Of a DNA stretch of 64,000 bases, positions 1 through 12,434 are shown piece by piece (position 1 is the first letter of the stretch; each line of letters starts with the position of its first letter). The notes beneath the pieces are model-generated. The model was not told the DNA's origin, did no database searches, and saw only the letters and a program-made list of their open reading frames with translations. Source of the stretch: the human T2T-CHM13v2.0 reference genome, Homo sapiens. The translations under genes and the position numbers were made by a program. The stretch is taken from assembly GCF_009914755.1 (NCBI RefSeq), contig NC_060940.1. One strand, 5' to 3'.

Positions 1-605
1 CTGCTGGGACCGGTGCTCTGGTCTGATTCTCTCATTTACTCAGGAGGGGGTCTCTGTGGGATGTTCCCCTCTTCTTCTGGGCTCCGTTCTCTTGTCACTG
101 AATCCTCTGTCACCAAGGGCCTCAGGAACTTTGTCCAAATCTCGCCACCTCTGGCTTCTGCTCCCTTGCCGCCGGGCTGGGCCCTGCCCACCTGCTGGAG
201 CTCCGGCCCCTGACGGCCACCTGCTGCCTGCTGCAGTGCACTCCAGAGCAGCACCACATCACCAAACGCCCCCAGCCTTGAGGCTCCTCCCGTCGCCAGG
301 CCCCACAGCCCATCCCAGGGTTCCGTTTTCTCCATCTCATCTCCAGCTCCCAGTGCCAGCAGGCCCAGTTCTTCCTCCTTCAACCATGCTAGTGCTGGGA
401 TTGACATTTGTATGTTACTCCTTTAGGCCCCCATGCTAATCAAGCAAAGGAAGAAATCAAGTCACAGAGCATCCAAATTGTCCAAATCCCCCTTCCCAGT
501 AAATCCTTTCATCATGACCACCTGGAGCCTGGGCACCTTAAAAGTCACTCAGGCAGCCAGCTTCCATCAACTCCAGAGGAGATGTTTGATCAAAACAGAA
601 AACTA

Positions 606-1063
606 GGCTGGGCGTGGTGGTTCATGCCTATAACGCCAGCGCTTTGGGAGGCCAGCCAACACGGGAGAATTGCTTGAGGCCAGGAGTTCAAGACCAGCCT
701 GGGCAACACACTGAAACCTGGTCTCTACAAAACATAGACAAAATTAGCTAGACGTGGTGGCGTGTGCCTGTAGTCCCTGCTACTTGGGAGGCTGAAGTGG
801 GAGGACTGCTGGAGCCCAGGAGGTCAAGGCTGCAGTGAGCTATGATTGGGCCACTGTAGTCCAGCCTGGGCAACAGAGCAAGACGCTGTCTCAAAAAAAG
901 AAAAGAAAAGAGAGAGAGAGAGAGAAAGAGAGAAAGTAAGGAAGGAAGGAAAGAGAGAGAAAGAAAGAAAGGAAAGAAAGAAAGAAGAAAGAGAGAAAGA
1001 GAGAAAGAGAGAAAGAGAGAAAGAAAGAAAGAGAGAAAGAAAGAAAGAAAGAAAGAAAAAGAA
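606..1063 (+). mobile_element. AluJ-type SINE with expanded (GA/GAAA)n tail
   Basis: Dimeric Alu from GGCTGGGCGTGGTGG with the J-type right arm GAGGTCAAGGCTGCAGTGAGCTATGAT; purine tail ~892-1063; TSD AGAAAACTA at 597-605 and 1064-1072. Confidence 0.95.
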
Positions 1064-1897
1064 AGAAAACTACGTGGTATCCGGAAAGGTCTGGGGTTGA
1101 TCTGAAGCCCAAGAGGTGGGCACTGAGGACATGTGGAGGGAGGAGCTCCCCTCCTCATGGAGAGAGCTGGCCTTGGTGCCCTTCATGTCATCTCAGCTCA
1201 AGGGTCACAGAGGCTCAGGGCAGAAAGGCCACTTGTGGTTTTCTCTGTCACCAACAGATACTGAAAGGACTAATGATACGGTTTAGTTCTAGGTCATTTA
1301 GAAATTGGTGACATCGGCAGAAAACAGACGGTTGGGGTGTTGGGGCTCAGGTCCAGGCGGGGTGGGTGGATGGGCCTCAGTTGTTAGTGGTGAACCATGA
1401 TTGGGCTGCCAGGGAGGGCTATTTCTGGGGCTCGCCCACCAGAGGGGAGCTGGTGGCGTCGCTGGCCTGCTTTGTGTGCGGAGCGCCACTCAATGCGAAT
1501 CTGGGAATGGAAACTTGGGGAGAGACAGTGGGACTCACATTTAAACTCAGATTTCAGAAGAAACTCCAGACGCAGACCCAGGGCCTCCCTGCGACATCTG
1601 AGGCCTCACTTGGGAAGTCAGTAAATGGGGAGGCCGTGGCTGGTTAACAAGCAGCCTTCATGGATAAATGAACATACTGGATAGGCTGACTAATGCCTAC
1701 TCTCTGCACCTGACGCCACGTTCTGTGAGCACAGAGGGAATGGAGAGAAGGGTCCCGGAAGGAAGGGCTGCTGGGTGGACCTGAGCCATTTCCTTCGCTC
1801 CTCCTGTGGGACATGTGGTGGTCTTCATCTGCACTCCCTGTGCCTCGAAGCACCTCTCTGCTCATTGCCCTAATAGGAGCTGCATCTATTCTCAGAC

Positions 1898-2110
1898 CTG
1901 GACTCTCCCAGCAGGGATGTCTTTCTGGGGTGATGGAATGTTATAGAACTGCAGAGTCCCATACAGTTGCTGCTGGCCACTTGCGGCTCTTAGAGCACTT
2001 GAGCTGTGGCTGGTGTCACTGAGGAACTGGTTTTAAAATTTCACCTAGATTTAAGGGTTTAAATTTAAATAGCTGCACGTGGCTAGTGGGCCAAGCATGG
2101 AACAGGGTAC
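1898..2110 (+). mobile_element. MER3-like hAT-Charlie non-autonomous element
   Basis: GATGGAATGTTATA...GAGCACTTGAGCTGTGGCT...GAGGAACTGG...AAATTTAAATAGC...GTGGCTAGTGG resembles recalled MER3 consensus. Confidence 0.75.
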
Positions 2111-2444
2111 CCTGAGAACATAAGCCCAGCCGTGTTTACCTTTGCCTCCTCCACACCACTGGGAGGATCTGACAGTGTCTGGGACTTTATTTTATTCCTC
2201 TCTTTTATTCTAACCTTGTTGGGTCTGAGAGGTGAACAGGTGAATGGAAGCCTCTGTCCCCTCAGTGTGGATACATGAAGGTCATGGAAGGTTCCAATGG
2301 GCTGGGCCTGGCCTTGCACCTGCTCTCTGTACAGTGACATCAGCACACCTGACAGTGACAGTAATTCTTCCAAATAATCAAACACGCAATCATTGCTCAA
2401 ATTTTCCCAGTTAGCAAAATACATATCCGAATCCCTAGCTGCAT

Positions 2445-2987
2445 CTTTTTCTTTATGTATATATATCCATTCATCTATATTATCTATTCTCTATCTATCC
2501 TCCATTTGTCTATCATCTTGCCATCTACTTATCCATCCACCTATTACCTCTATCTCTCCATCTATCAATCATCTATCGATTCATTCATTCATTCATACAT
2601 TCATTCATTCATCTATCTCTCCCTTTCTCTCCATCTTTCATCCATCCACCTACCTTCCAGCTATCTAGCTTTCTTTCTCCATCTATCCATTTTTGTTATC
2701 TATCTTCTATCTGTATTTCCACCTATTTATCCATCTACTTATCATATCTCTCTTTATCTATCAATTATCTTTCTATTATCTATCTATCCATTCATTCATC
2801 TACCTGTCTCTTTTTCTCCATCTATTCATTCATCCACCTATTTCCCATCTATCTAGCTTTCTTTTTCTCTCCATCTAGCCATCTATCTCTCCATCTCTCT
2901 GTCATCTATCCATCTGTCTTTCCATCCATTTATCCATCCACCTATCATGTGTCTAACTCTCTATCCAACTACCTATCCCTATCTATT
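2445..2987. repeat. Degenerate (TCTA/TCCA/TTCA)n low-complexity tract
   Basis: Directly visible tetranucleotide mosaic. Confidence 0.9.
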
Positions 2988-3764
2988 CAGGTCAAGCTGC
3001 AAAAGAGACCCACACATTGCATACGACATAAGGGTCTCCACTCTTCATTATTTGGCAGTTTCGTCTCTCGTCTCTGGCCTGTGGCATGAACAGGGCCAGT
3101 GCTCTGTCTACCACCCACACTGACTTCCCTGGGGAGAGATGACTGCCCCCAGAGAGTCCTCGGACTCACCTGGCCAGCTCCTCGGCTGGCTGCTGTCACG
3201 TCTACTGCGCTATCTCTCCATCAGGTGCTGAGGATGCGCTTGCCGTGCCTGGAAGCCCTGCGCTGGCAGCAGCACAATCTGATATGACGCCTGTCTCAGG
3301 GAGGTTTCAGCACTTTGTCATCCTCATGGTCTCGGCGCCAATCACTTGGCCCAGGCTGCTGCCAAATGGAGCCATCAGGCCCCACAACTACGTTTCACAT
3401 GCTCGGACATGGCCAGGCCACGTCTAGACAATCCTGAGCACCCAGGAAAACACGCCAGGTCTGGTCAGACCAGATTGTACCCGATGTCTCGAGGGCCGGG
3501 AGCCCATTCTGACACTGAACCTCGGTGCTGTTTCCAGGGCTTCTTGCTGGAGAAAGCAGCCCTTTTCCAACTGAGATCAGAAGACTCGGGGCACAGGGGC
3601 ACAGTGCTATGACAACTGAAAAACAGATTTTGACTTAGAGCATTGGGATGTTTTTCAGAAAAGTTGAAATTGTTTTTGTCTTTTAATCTCTCCTTTTCCC
3701 AGGCTTCCCCTACAATCCTACCCTTTTCTTCACATTTGTGTCATTAAAGCCAGTGCAATTCAAA

Positions 3765-3941
3765 ATAATAATATTTATTGTTTGCATATAATACCTCCTT
3801 TTAGTCTCCCAATGACCTTAGAGGGTCCATTATGATCTCTGTTTTACACAGATGAAGAAAGGAGCCCAGAGAAGTTAAGTCACGTGCCCGGAGTCACATA
3901 GCAGGGCTGCGGTGTGAGCCTAGGTCTTTTGATTCCAAAGC
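3765..3941 (-). mobile_element. MIR SINE
   Basis: TTTTACACAGATGAAGAAA...CAGAGAAGTTAAGTCAC...GTCACA is the antisense MIR core. Confidence 0.75.
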
Positions 3942-4109
3942 TTGGGATGTTTACAATCCCCCTCCCATCACGTGGAAAAGAGAAATCTTTGTCCAAAGCA
4001 GGGAAGGAGATGGGACAATGGTGGGAATGTAGAAAAGAAAAAAAATTCAGGTGAGTCACTTCTCCCAGACTTCAAAGAGTTGACAAAGTGGAACTGTGAG
4101 ATGGCCAGA

Positions 4110-4187
4110 CAGCCAAGTTCAGAAGGAAGGGCATCCCGAGGCCCTGGCATGGCAGCCAAGTTCAGAACGAAGGGCATCCTGAGGCCC
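4110..4187. repeat. Direct duplication of 35 bp, period 43
   Basis: CAGCCAAGTTCAGAA(G/C)GAAGGGCATCC(C/T)GAGGCCC at 4110 and 4153, 2 mismatches. Confidence 0.9.
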
Positions 4188-4229
4188 CAGCTTGGCTGCC
4201 CACGCAAACCTCATGTCCAGATTCCTGTC

Positions 4230-4330
4230 GTTACCCAGCTGTATACGTGGGACAAAATTCATCAAGCTGTACACCTAAGATGGTTTTATTATATGTCAAT
4301 TACATCCCAAAAAGTTGATTTTAAAAAGAT
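4230..4330 (+). mobile_element. Old L1M 3' terminal fragment
   Basis: AAAATTCATCAAGCTGTACACCTAAGAT...ATGTCAATTACATCCCAAAAAG resembles L1MC/ME 3' end. Confidence 0.6.
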
Positions 4331-5423
4331 GGGCCTTGAGGACAGAGAGAGTGGGGAGGAGATCCCAAGTTCCCTCCAAAGTCAGTGACCTTCCTGGAGC
4401 CATCGGCCGCCCATTCCTCGGGCCTGGCTTGCTTCTCTGGAGGACACAGGCATGCGTGCTTGCTCTGTAAGGACACAGTGGGGATTCGGTGAGATGATTT
4501 ACAGGACAGCCTGAGCGTGGAGCCAGCATGTGCCCTCCGTGACAGGAGCCACTGATACCACAGGGAGTGCCATCCCGGGCAGGCCACCTGCAGGGTCCGA
4601 GAAGTCCATTATGGAACAAGAAAATTCCAGTTCCCAGGCTGCCCCCAGAAGCCCCAGACACAGGCCTGGTCTGAGCTGGAAGAGTCCCAGAGGCCCCCGC
4701 CTGCGTTCCCAGGCTGTGCTCCCAAGTCCGGGCCTCTTTTGATTTTGTCTCCGCGGGCTGACTCCTTTGGAGTCTCCCGTTAAGAAATCAAATCACTCTT
4801 CTTCCTGGCAGCTCCCCTGCAGTGTGTCTTTCCACTCTAGCTTGAAATTCTGACTTTTTGGCCTCTTCTAAAAGGGTAGGCCCTCTTCTCCCCACATCTG
4901 CAGCCCTTTCCACAGATGAGGTGCTGCTGTGGGGTACAGACTGAGCTGGACCTCAGTCCACGATCTTGGTGACAGGCACCATCACAGAGCCCCAGGGTGC
5001 AGCTGCCAAGTGATTTCAATTTGCTGTGGCCTTGTGCGAAGCATCATTGCATGTGAATTCTATGTGCCTCCAGCTACATTTTGGTTAGTGACTCTGGCCC
5101 AAGAAAAATATGCAGCATCTTGTGAAGGCTTGGTGAGAGCCACTTTCTCCACTGCCCCCATGTCCTCCAGCTTGCCAGAGTCCCTACTCCCTTTGGCCCC
5201 TGGCCAGGTGCTGTGCAGTGCTCCTGTTAAAGTGTGGTTGGACATCTCTGTAAAGCTCTTGGGGTAGGTTAGCATTGAGACATGAATAGTCACCGACGAT
5301 AGCATGCGTTCCAGGACAGCTACTGCACGCACGACTCATTAGATGCTCACAGAGGGCTTGGGTGAGGTTACCTAGAAACAGACTCTGAGATCGGGATTCA
5401 AGGACAGCTTGTTATCTGGCAGG

Positions 5424-5862
5424 GTTTCTCGTTATCCACTGCTGTGTAACAAACAGCTCCAAAACTTATTGGCTTAAAACAGCAGTAGCCATTTATTTTG
5501 TTTATGCGTCTGCAGTTTGGATAGGGCTCTGTGAGGATGACTCATCTCTGCTCCATGTTGTCAGAGGCGTCTTCTAGGTGCCTGGAGTGGCTGGGGCTGG
5601 CATTTCTGTCTCTTCACATAGACCCTCCTGGGGTGTCTCCAGCATGGTGGACATGAGGAAACCGATTTCCCATAGGGCAGCGAAGAGCTCCTAAGTCAGA
5701 GCTTCTGAGAGACCACAGTGAGGCTGGAAGTCTTTCTGTGACCCAATCTCAGACGTCACCCAGCATCACCTTCTACTCTACTGGTCACCTGGATCAGCTG
5801 TGATTCAGTGAGGGCCACATAAGGCAGAGGCCTCGGGGGGCATCTTGGAGGCCACCACCATC
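5424..5862 (-). mobile_element. MLT1 (F/G/H-like) MaLR LTR, apparently nested in an older ERVL LTR fragment (~5360-5950)
   Basis: GTTATCCACTGCTGTGTAACAAAC...GGCTTAAAACA...CATCTTGGAGGC; flanks (CCTAGAAACAGACTCTGAGAT / CCCAGGAAGCAC) appear to continue one older LTR. Confidence 0.7.
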
Positions 5863-6131
5863 CAGAGTCGTCCCAGGAAGCACTGGACATGGCAGGAATT
5901 GAGACCAGGATGGAAGTAAGTTGCCTCAGGCTGTGTTCAGGAGCAGGTAAAGTTAGAAAATATAGGTATGCTCTTCCAAATCATTCAAAATTCCATGACA
6001 CAAAGAAAAAAAATACATATATGTATATACACAGTCCTTTTAAGTCACCACTGGGATTATGAAAATTGCACAGTTTTGTAACATATTCCTACTGGGCAGG
6101 GCATTACGAATTTTTCCTTGTCATCCAATAG

Positions 6132-6345
6132 CAGGAGTCTGCAAACATCTTCTGTAAAGTGCCAGACAGTAAATATACTCGGCTTTGTGGGCCATACGGT
6201 GTCTGCTGCAACTTCTCAATGTTGCCATTTTAGTGCAGAAGCAGCCACAGATGATATGTAAATTAATGGGTGTGGCTATGTCCAATAAAACTTTATTTAC
6301 AAAAACAGGAGGTGGGCTAGCTTCGACCCCAGGCTGTGGTATTTC
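6132..6345 (+). mobile_element. MER58A-like hAT-Charlie element
   Basis: CAGGAGTCTGCAAAC...CTGTAAAGTGCCAGACAGTAAATAT...CCAATAAAACTTTATTTACAAAAACAGG. Confidence 0.85.
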
Positions 6346-6575
6346 ATGAGGTCGTCATTAGTCTCCCATTGCACAGTTGTGCCACATTTAACGAACCCCT
6401 TTTTGTTGGACATTTAGCTTGTTTCCAGTTTCTCAATCTATAAACAGGCTTGTGATGAATGTCCTTGGAGCTAATTCTTTTATAATCACATCATTAGTTA
6501 TTTCTTTAGGATAAATTCCTAAAAGCAGAATTGTCGCCTCACAGGGCAATGCCTGTTTTTATGGTTTTCGTATGT
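6346..6575 (-). mobile_element. Old L1ME fragment
   Basis: GGACATTTAGCTTGTTTCCAGTTT...TTTCTTTAGGATAAATTCCTAAAAG...AATTG. Confidence 0.65.
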
Positions 6576-7134
6576 CATTTCTGAGCTCTAATGGGATGCT
6601 TGGCTCAACGATGAGACGGAAACTCTGCTTTCAGAAATGCCCTGGAGAATGGAGGTGAGAACCTCAGCGGGATTCTCTCCACCTCCCAGCATCTGAGCAA
6701 CATGGCTGGAAACCATGGCTGGATTCCCCCTAAATCCAGTCCGTCACGATCAGCAGAAATCTCCAAAACATTCAAGTAAGGTTTGCCATGGTGATTCAGA
6801 CACTCACTGGGCCTTCACAGGAAAGCAAGCTGTTAGCCCTTGGAATGCATCAGGAAAAATACTTTTCAAAGCATTTTTAAAATTAGCAGTGCAGAGGGCT
6901 CTTAGGACAGCCACTCAGTGCCTGCAGGTTGCAGAGGATGTTTAATGTATGCGTCAGAAATTCAAGATCAACCAGCCCTGCAGTGCTGCCTTTGGAAGAA
7001 GACAAACGATCTGGCTAATCAGAGGCTCAGCTGTGGAGGCTGGTTTGCACCTGGGGGTTGCAGGCCCGAGTTATGGTTCAGAGCAGGCCTGATGAGGCCA
7101 TATGAAGAAGGCCCAGCTCCTCTCAGGCTATTCA

Positions 7135-7580
7135 TTTATTACAAAATTTCTACTGAGGTGTAACTGGCATACATAGTGAATGGATACAACTTGTTTGGCC
7201 TGGAGATAAGTACACAGGTGCGAAACCACCTTCTATGCCATAAACGTATGAAACCATCACCACCTATGGTGAAACCATCAACATCTGTGCCATAAACGTA
7301 TGAAACCACCACCTTTTATGCCATAAATATGTGAAATCATTACCACCTATGGTGAAACCATCACTGTCTATTCCACAAACATATGAAACCACCACATCTG
7401 TGCCGTAAATATATGAAACCATCATCGTCTATGCCATAAACATATCCATCCCTTCCAGAAGCTTCCTCCCACCCTCTTTACTTATTATTGTTATTTTGCG
7501 ATAAAAATGCTTAGCATAAGATCTACCCTCTTAGCAAATTTTAAGTATACAATACGACATTGCAAACTATCGGCACCCTC
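7135..7580 (-). mobile_element. L1MA/MB 3' end fragment containing an internal minisatellite
   Basis: CTTAGCATAAGATCTACCCTCTTAGCAAATTTTAAGTATACAATAC is typical of L1MA/MB 3' UTR. Confidence 0.7.
7222..7445. repeat. Minisatellite with mixed 31-bp and 21-bp units
   Basis: GAAACC (one GAAATC) anchors at 7222, 7250, 7271, 7302, 7333, 7354, 7385, 7415. Confidence 0.9.
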
Positions 7581-7749
7581 TCAGGCAGTTCTGATGGTGG
7601 CAAACGTGGTGGGGGGACTGGTTCTCCCAGCAGGAAATCACTCTTCAAGTGCAACAGCCTGGAGAAATGTCCATTTCCAGTGAATTTCTTCCAAGATTCC
7701 ATCTTCAGAGGCTTCCGGAGGGGTATGGGATTAAACTAATTCCACACAC

Positions 7750-8320
7750 TTCACCAATATTCACTGAGCAGCTACTATATGCCGGGTGCTGGGCTAGGTG
7801 TAGAGATCCAGCCATGAACAGAATAGAAGAGAACCAACAGGAAATGGAAAAAGATACATTGTATCAAGTGGAAGGCAAATGAGAGGGTCAGGGGACAAAG
7901 AGTGATGGTGGAGAGAGGGGTATTGGGGGCAGCCTCTCAAAGGAGGAGGCATTTGAGCAAGGTCGGAAGGACGTGTGGGAGGAGGGTGTAGGGGGAGATC
8001 TTCCAGGCAGCGGGAATAAAACAGCCAGTGTGAAGGCCCTGAGGCAGGTGTCTTTGTGTGCAAGAGTGAGCTGCTCAGCGTGGCTACAGCAGAAGGGGTT
8101 GTTGGGGAGAGGAGGTTGGCGGAGGGAGGGAGAGCTGCTGGAACCTGCAGGACTTAGTGTTAATAAAGACTTTATGTTGATTCAGGATGACGTGAGAAGC
8201 CACTAGAAGGTTTTGAGCAGAACAAAGTTAGGGGCTAACTTAGGTCTTACAGAATCACTCCAGCTCATGTGTAGGAAAGGAAGCATCAGAGGCTAAGGAG
8301 GAGGCAGGGAGACCAGGTCG
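7750..8320 (-). mobile_element. L2 LINE fragment
   Basis: TTCACTGAGCAGCTACTATATGCCGGGTGCTGGGCTAGG...GAAGCCACTAGAAGGTTTTGAGCAG. Confidence 0.75.
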
Positions 8321-10329
8321 TGACGTCTTCCATTTTCTGGGTGGGGAAGCTGGCTCTGAGAGAGCAGGCAGGTAGCTTAAAGAAGATGACCTCACTACTG
8401 TGTCTCAGCTGGCAGCACCCGGCCTTCCCTCACGGGCAGCTCCTTGCCCGCCAGGTCCTCAGGAAGCCTCACCCCATGCTGCTGTGTCTTTCCTGCTCAC
8501 TTTCTCCATCCCATGTCCAGCTTGGTACCCAATGCCTCCTGGCGGTTCCTCCATGAATGGAGCAAAGGGCCCAGGAAGCAATGGCCTAGAATCCAGCGTC
8601 CAGAGCTGTGTGCAGCCTCTCCGACAACCAAGACAGAAAGGAAAACCTCAGGAGAAAAATCAGCCGGGAGGTGGAGCACCGTGGAGAGGCGACCAAGACC
8701 GGCCACCCACGTGACAGATGAACGGGTGACTCCTCAGCTGGGAGGCCCGCCAGAGGTGAAAGCAAGCATCCATCCCCATCCCTGGCAGGAGCATGTATCT
8801 ATCCCAAAGCCAGCAGCAGGCTGTGGCTCATGTCTGCCCCAGGAAGTGGAGCCGGAGGGCAAACCACTCCATCAAGGTGAGGAGGTGGGTGCAGCCCTGG
8901 GTCTGTACGCATTCACCCTGCAAGCTACGCTTCCCTCTCCCAGGAGGCCCTGGTAAGCGTGATCAGCAGCTTACATGGTACCGAGCGCTGCTCACTGCCA
9001 CTCTCCAATCCTTCCAGAATCCGCTGTAAGTGTTGTTCTTACAGATTTGAAAAATGCCTCTCCCATAAAGATTGAGGACTAACACAAGGATAAAAATCAC
9101 CGACGGGCTGAGCTCTGATACGTCTTTATATTGTGATGACTGGTGATAGCCTGCAGGCTGGAACATTTTAGCTTTTGGTTGATGGCTGGTTTCTACTGCG
9201 TGTGGCATTGTCTTGGGCCCTCAGTGTTAGCAAAGGGGTGCCCCGGCATAGTGGGCAGAGCCCTGGTTGATCTCTGACCCTTCCAGCAAGTAGAACAAAG
9301 TGGGTCATGCCCTCCCTAATGGCTACGGAAGAGCAGTCAGCTTTTACTCCCCATACTCTGGCATCCAGCTGGGGTGGAGATGGAAGATACATGTGATGAG
9401 ACTTGAGGAGAAAAGTGGGAAGCGGGTGAGCGGGAAGCAGAAGGAACGGCTCCAGGCGTTGTGGGATTTGCCGTGTTTCCAGAATGTTCATCCTGGTGGC
9501 ACTGCCCCGTCCTCATCCTCTCTCCCAGTCTTCCCTGGTGATTTGGGGGACGCCACTTGTGTGGTGACAGAAATCTGGCAGATAGCAAGGAAGCAATAAA
9601 CCTATCTCACTCTCTGAGTAGGAGACCTCGTGAGGATGTTGAATCACGGGGCGAGGCTGTGAGCAGTCGGGGTGTCATTCTCCTCCGCAAACATTTACTG
9701 GCTGACCCCGAATAAAGATCAAGATCTAAGGAGGCCTGAGACATGGGCCTCTGGTCTGTGCCCCAGGAGACCAGATGCCTTCCCTTGAGGGAGGGCGTGT
9801 GCTCAGGAACTCTGGCCATAGGAGGAAGTGGTTTTCAACCCCAAGACTAAAATGCCAGCATTGAACCCAAACAATATCGGATAGATTTTTTTTCTTCCTC
9901 TCTCTCTCTTTGACGGGAAAAGCTATTGATTGGGTAAACACAGATGTATTTAATGTTTTAAGTCAGTTCACAGTGTATGTGGAGTCAACTAAATATCTCT
10001 GGGCAGTAATCAGCCTTGAGGTTGTTAGTTATAGCTGGAAACCCAAGAGGCTGATGAGAGAGATTTTTAACGTTTGAATGCAGAGTTCAGTGGACTGGGA
10101 ATTTAACACAGCTGAGAGTACAGATAATTGACTTCTAGGTTCTTTGATGAAAACCCAGAGACTGTCTCCATCATCAATCCCAAACTACTGTGCGGTTTCC
10201 AGTTCTGCGTTATTAACTAGGCTTCTTCATAGAACCTTCCCATGTCAGCCCTTTCTATGCAGGAGTGTAAATACCTGCAATGCAGTGGAAATGTGCCATC
10301 CCAGCCTTCTGTTTTTCCTACAATCAGAC

Positions 10330-10751
10330 CAGGACTCCTCCCTCCCTGTGCCTCCGCACAAGCCCATGACTGTGACGTTAGCCACGCAGTGACGGCTAAG
10401 GCTAAGCCATCAAAGACCTCCAACCGGACATGTTGCGATGCTCACTTTTGGAAAGTAGCCACCGTGCTGTGAGGAGGGCACGCTGCCACACGGAAAGGCC
10501 ACCTACAGGTGTCCTGATGCACGGGAGGTCCCGGCCAACACGAACCAGTAGCCAGGAGAGTGAGGGGACCTTCGGATGATTCCAGCTTCCAGCCTTGAGG
10601 AGTCCTTGGGTGACACTGAGTCAGGCAGAGATGAGCTGTCCCTGCCCGGCCCCGCCCGATTTGCAAATTTGTGAGCAAAATAAACATGGTCTTTGTTTTC
10701 CGTCACTAAATTTTGGAGTGGGTTATTATGCAGCAATAGGAAACTACAACA
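10330..10751 (+). mobile_element. MLT1F/G-like MaLR LTR
   Basis: Ends GTGAGCAAAATAAAC...CACTAAATTTTGGAGTGGGTTATTATGCAGCAATAGGAAACTACAACA. Confidence 0.8.
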
Positions 10752-10889
10752 CTGATGATGTGAAATCGAACTGCTGAGAACTTTTTTCTTTTGGCTACCT
10801 CAGTCTCATTTTGCTTTGTCTCAAATATGTCATTTTGTACGATTATTATTTTGGTTTTATCATGTATTTGAAAATAGCAAAGAAAAGTA

Positions 10890-11426
10890 TTTTTTAATTG
10901 AGTGTAAAATTCACATAAAATTATTTTAAAGTGTACCTCTCAGTGACGTTTAGTACCCTCACAATGTTGAACAACTGTCGCCTCTATCAAGTTCCTAAAT
11001 ATTCTTATCACCCCAAAAGGAAACCCGTATCCATAAAGCAGTTTCTTCACATTCCCCTTTTCCTAGCCTCAGGCAACCCCCCATCTGCTTCCTGTCTCTA
11101 CGGGTTCGCCTATTCTGGACGTTTTGTGTAAATGTAATTGTAGGCTATTTTTCCTTTTATATCTGGCTTGTTTGACTCAGCATAACATCTTCAAGGTTCA
11201 TCCACATTGTAGCATGTGTCAGCATTCCTTCCTTTTCATGGCTGAGTAATATCCCATCATATGGATAGGCCACATTTTGTTTAACCATTTGTCATTTGAT
11301 GGACATTTGTGTTGTTTCCACCTTCTGGCTATTGCGAATAAGGCCACTACGAACATTCATGTGCACGTATTTGAGTTCATGTTTTCAGTTCTTTTGGGTA
11401 GATACGCAGGAGTGAAACTGCTGGGA
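10890..11426 (-). mobile_element. L1MB-type 3' fragment
   Basis: ATCACCCCAAAAGGAAACCCGTATCCAT...TCAAGGTTCATCCACATTGTAGCATGTGTC...ATGGACATTTG. Confidence 0.85.
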
Positions 11427-11689
11427 AGATAAGGTTTTCTTTCATAATATCAATGGTGTGTTCCTCAGTGACCTCTGATGCATGCAATAGTGAGAGGTTG
11501 GGAGTCTCTTTAACTGAATCAACTAAATTACCAAGAAAACACAAAATACAAGGGAAAACACAATATTTAAAATCTATTATGGTTTTTCAGAGACCAAATC
11601 CTTTCTCCAGATAAAACTGTTGGTGAGTGGCCATTGTCACACCTCATTATTTACACTGCGTGGCTAACGTCACAGTCATGGGCCTGTGG

Positions 11690-12135
11690 AATCATCTCGG
11701 CTCCTTAGGCTCCCCTGGCCATGAGAATGTCTCAGACTTCCTCGTTTATTCGTGACCTTGACAGTTTCAAAGAGGACTGGTCAGGTGTTCTGTAGAATGT
11801 CCCTCAACTTGGGCTCTCCTGATGTTTTTCTCTTGATTAGACTACAGTTAGGGGCTTTGAGGAAGAAGACCACAGAGATGAAGTACGTGTCTCATAGCAT
11901 CATATTGGGGGTACGTGATATCCCCATGACCTATCACTGCCGATGTCAAACTCGGTCACTTGGTTACCGTATTGTATGCCAGATTTCTCCTCTGCAATGC
12001 TCCTGTCATTCTCTGTCCACACTCTGTTCTTTGGAAGCAACCCATTAAGTTTAGTTCACCCTCAAAGGAGAGATTAAGCTCCACTTCCTTGAGGGAGAGT
12101 ATTGACATATATGACTTAGAATTCTTCTGTAGAGA
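11690..12135 (-). mobile_element. L1MC-type 3' fragment
   Basis: GACCTTGACAGTTT...GGACTGGTCAGGTGTTCTGTAGAATGTCCCTCAACTTGGG...GAAGACCACAGAGATGAAG. Confidence 0.8.
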
Positions 12136-12434
12136 GGAATGATGCTATGTCATGACTCAAGACAAAATTGGGGCCCTGTTAGTAAGGAAATAGGGGAGCA
12201 TGAGATTCCAACCCTCAATTGTAAATGGGGAAACTAACATTTGCCTGACCTATGCTGATAAGAGAATGTCTACATCTAATGTTGGAACAAGCAGGAGCTT
12301 GGAATAGTGGTGGGGTTTTTACCACAGGTTGGCAACTTTTGACAGGCGAGTTTATTCATTCAAGGCTTAAAGACTAGAGGCTGGGATAGAGGGAGGTACA
12401 CAGTGGTGAGTAAGGGTGTAGCGAACATACTTCA

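Noticed and set aside
7222-7445. Repeat-spacer-like pattern anchored on GAAACCA
   Set aside because: The intervening sequences are homologous to each other, so this is a degenerate tandem repeat in an L1
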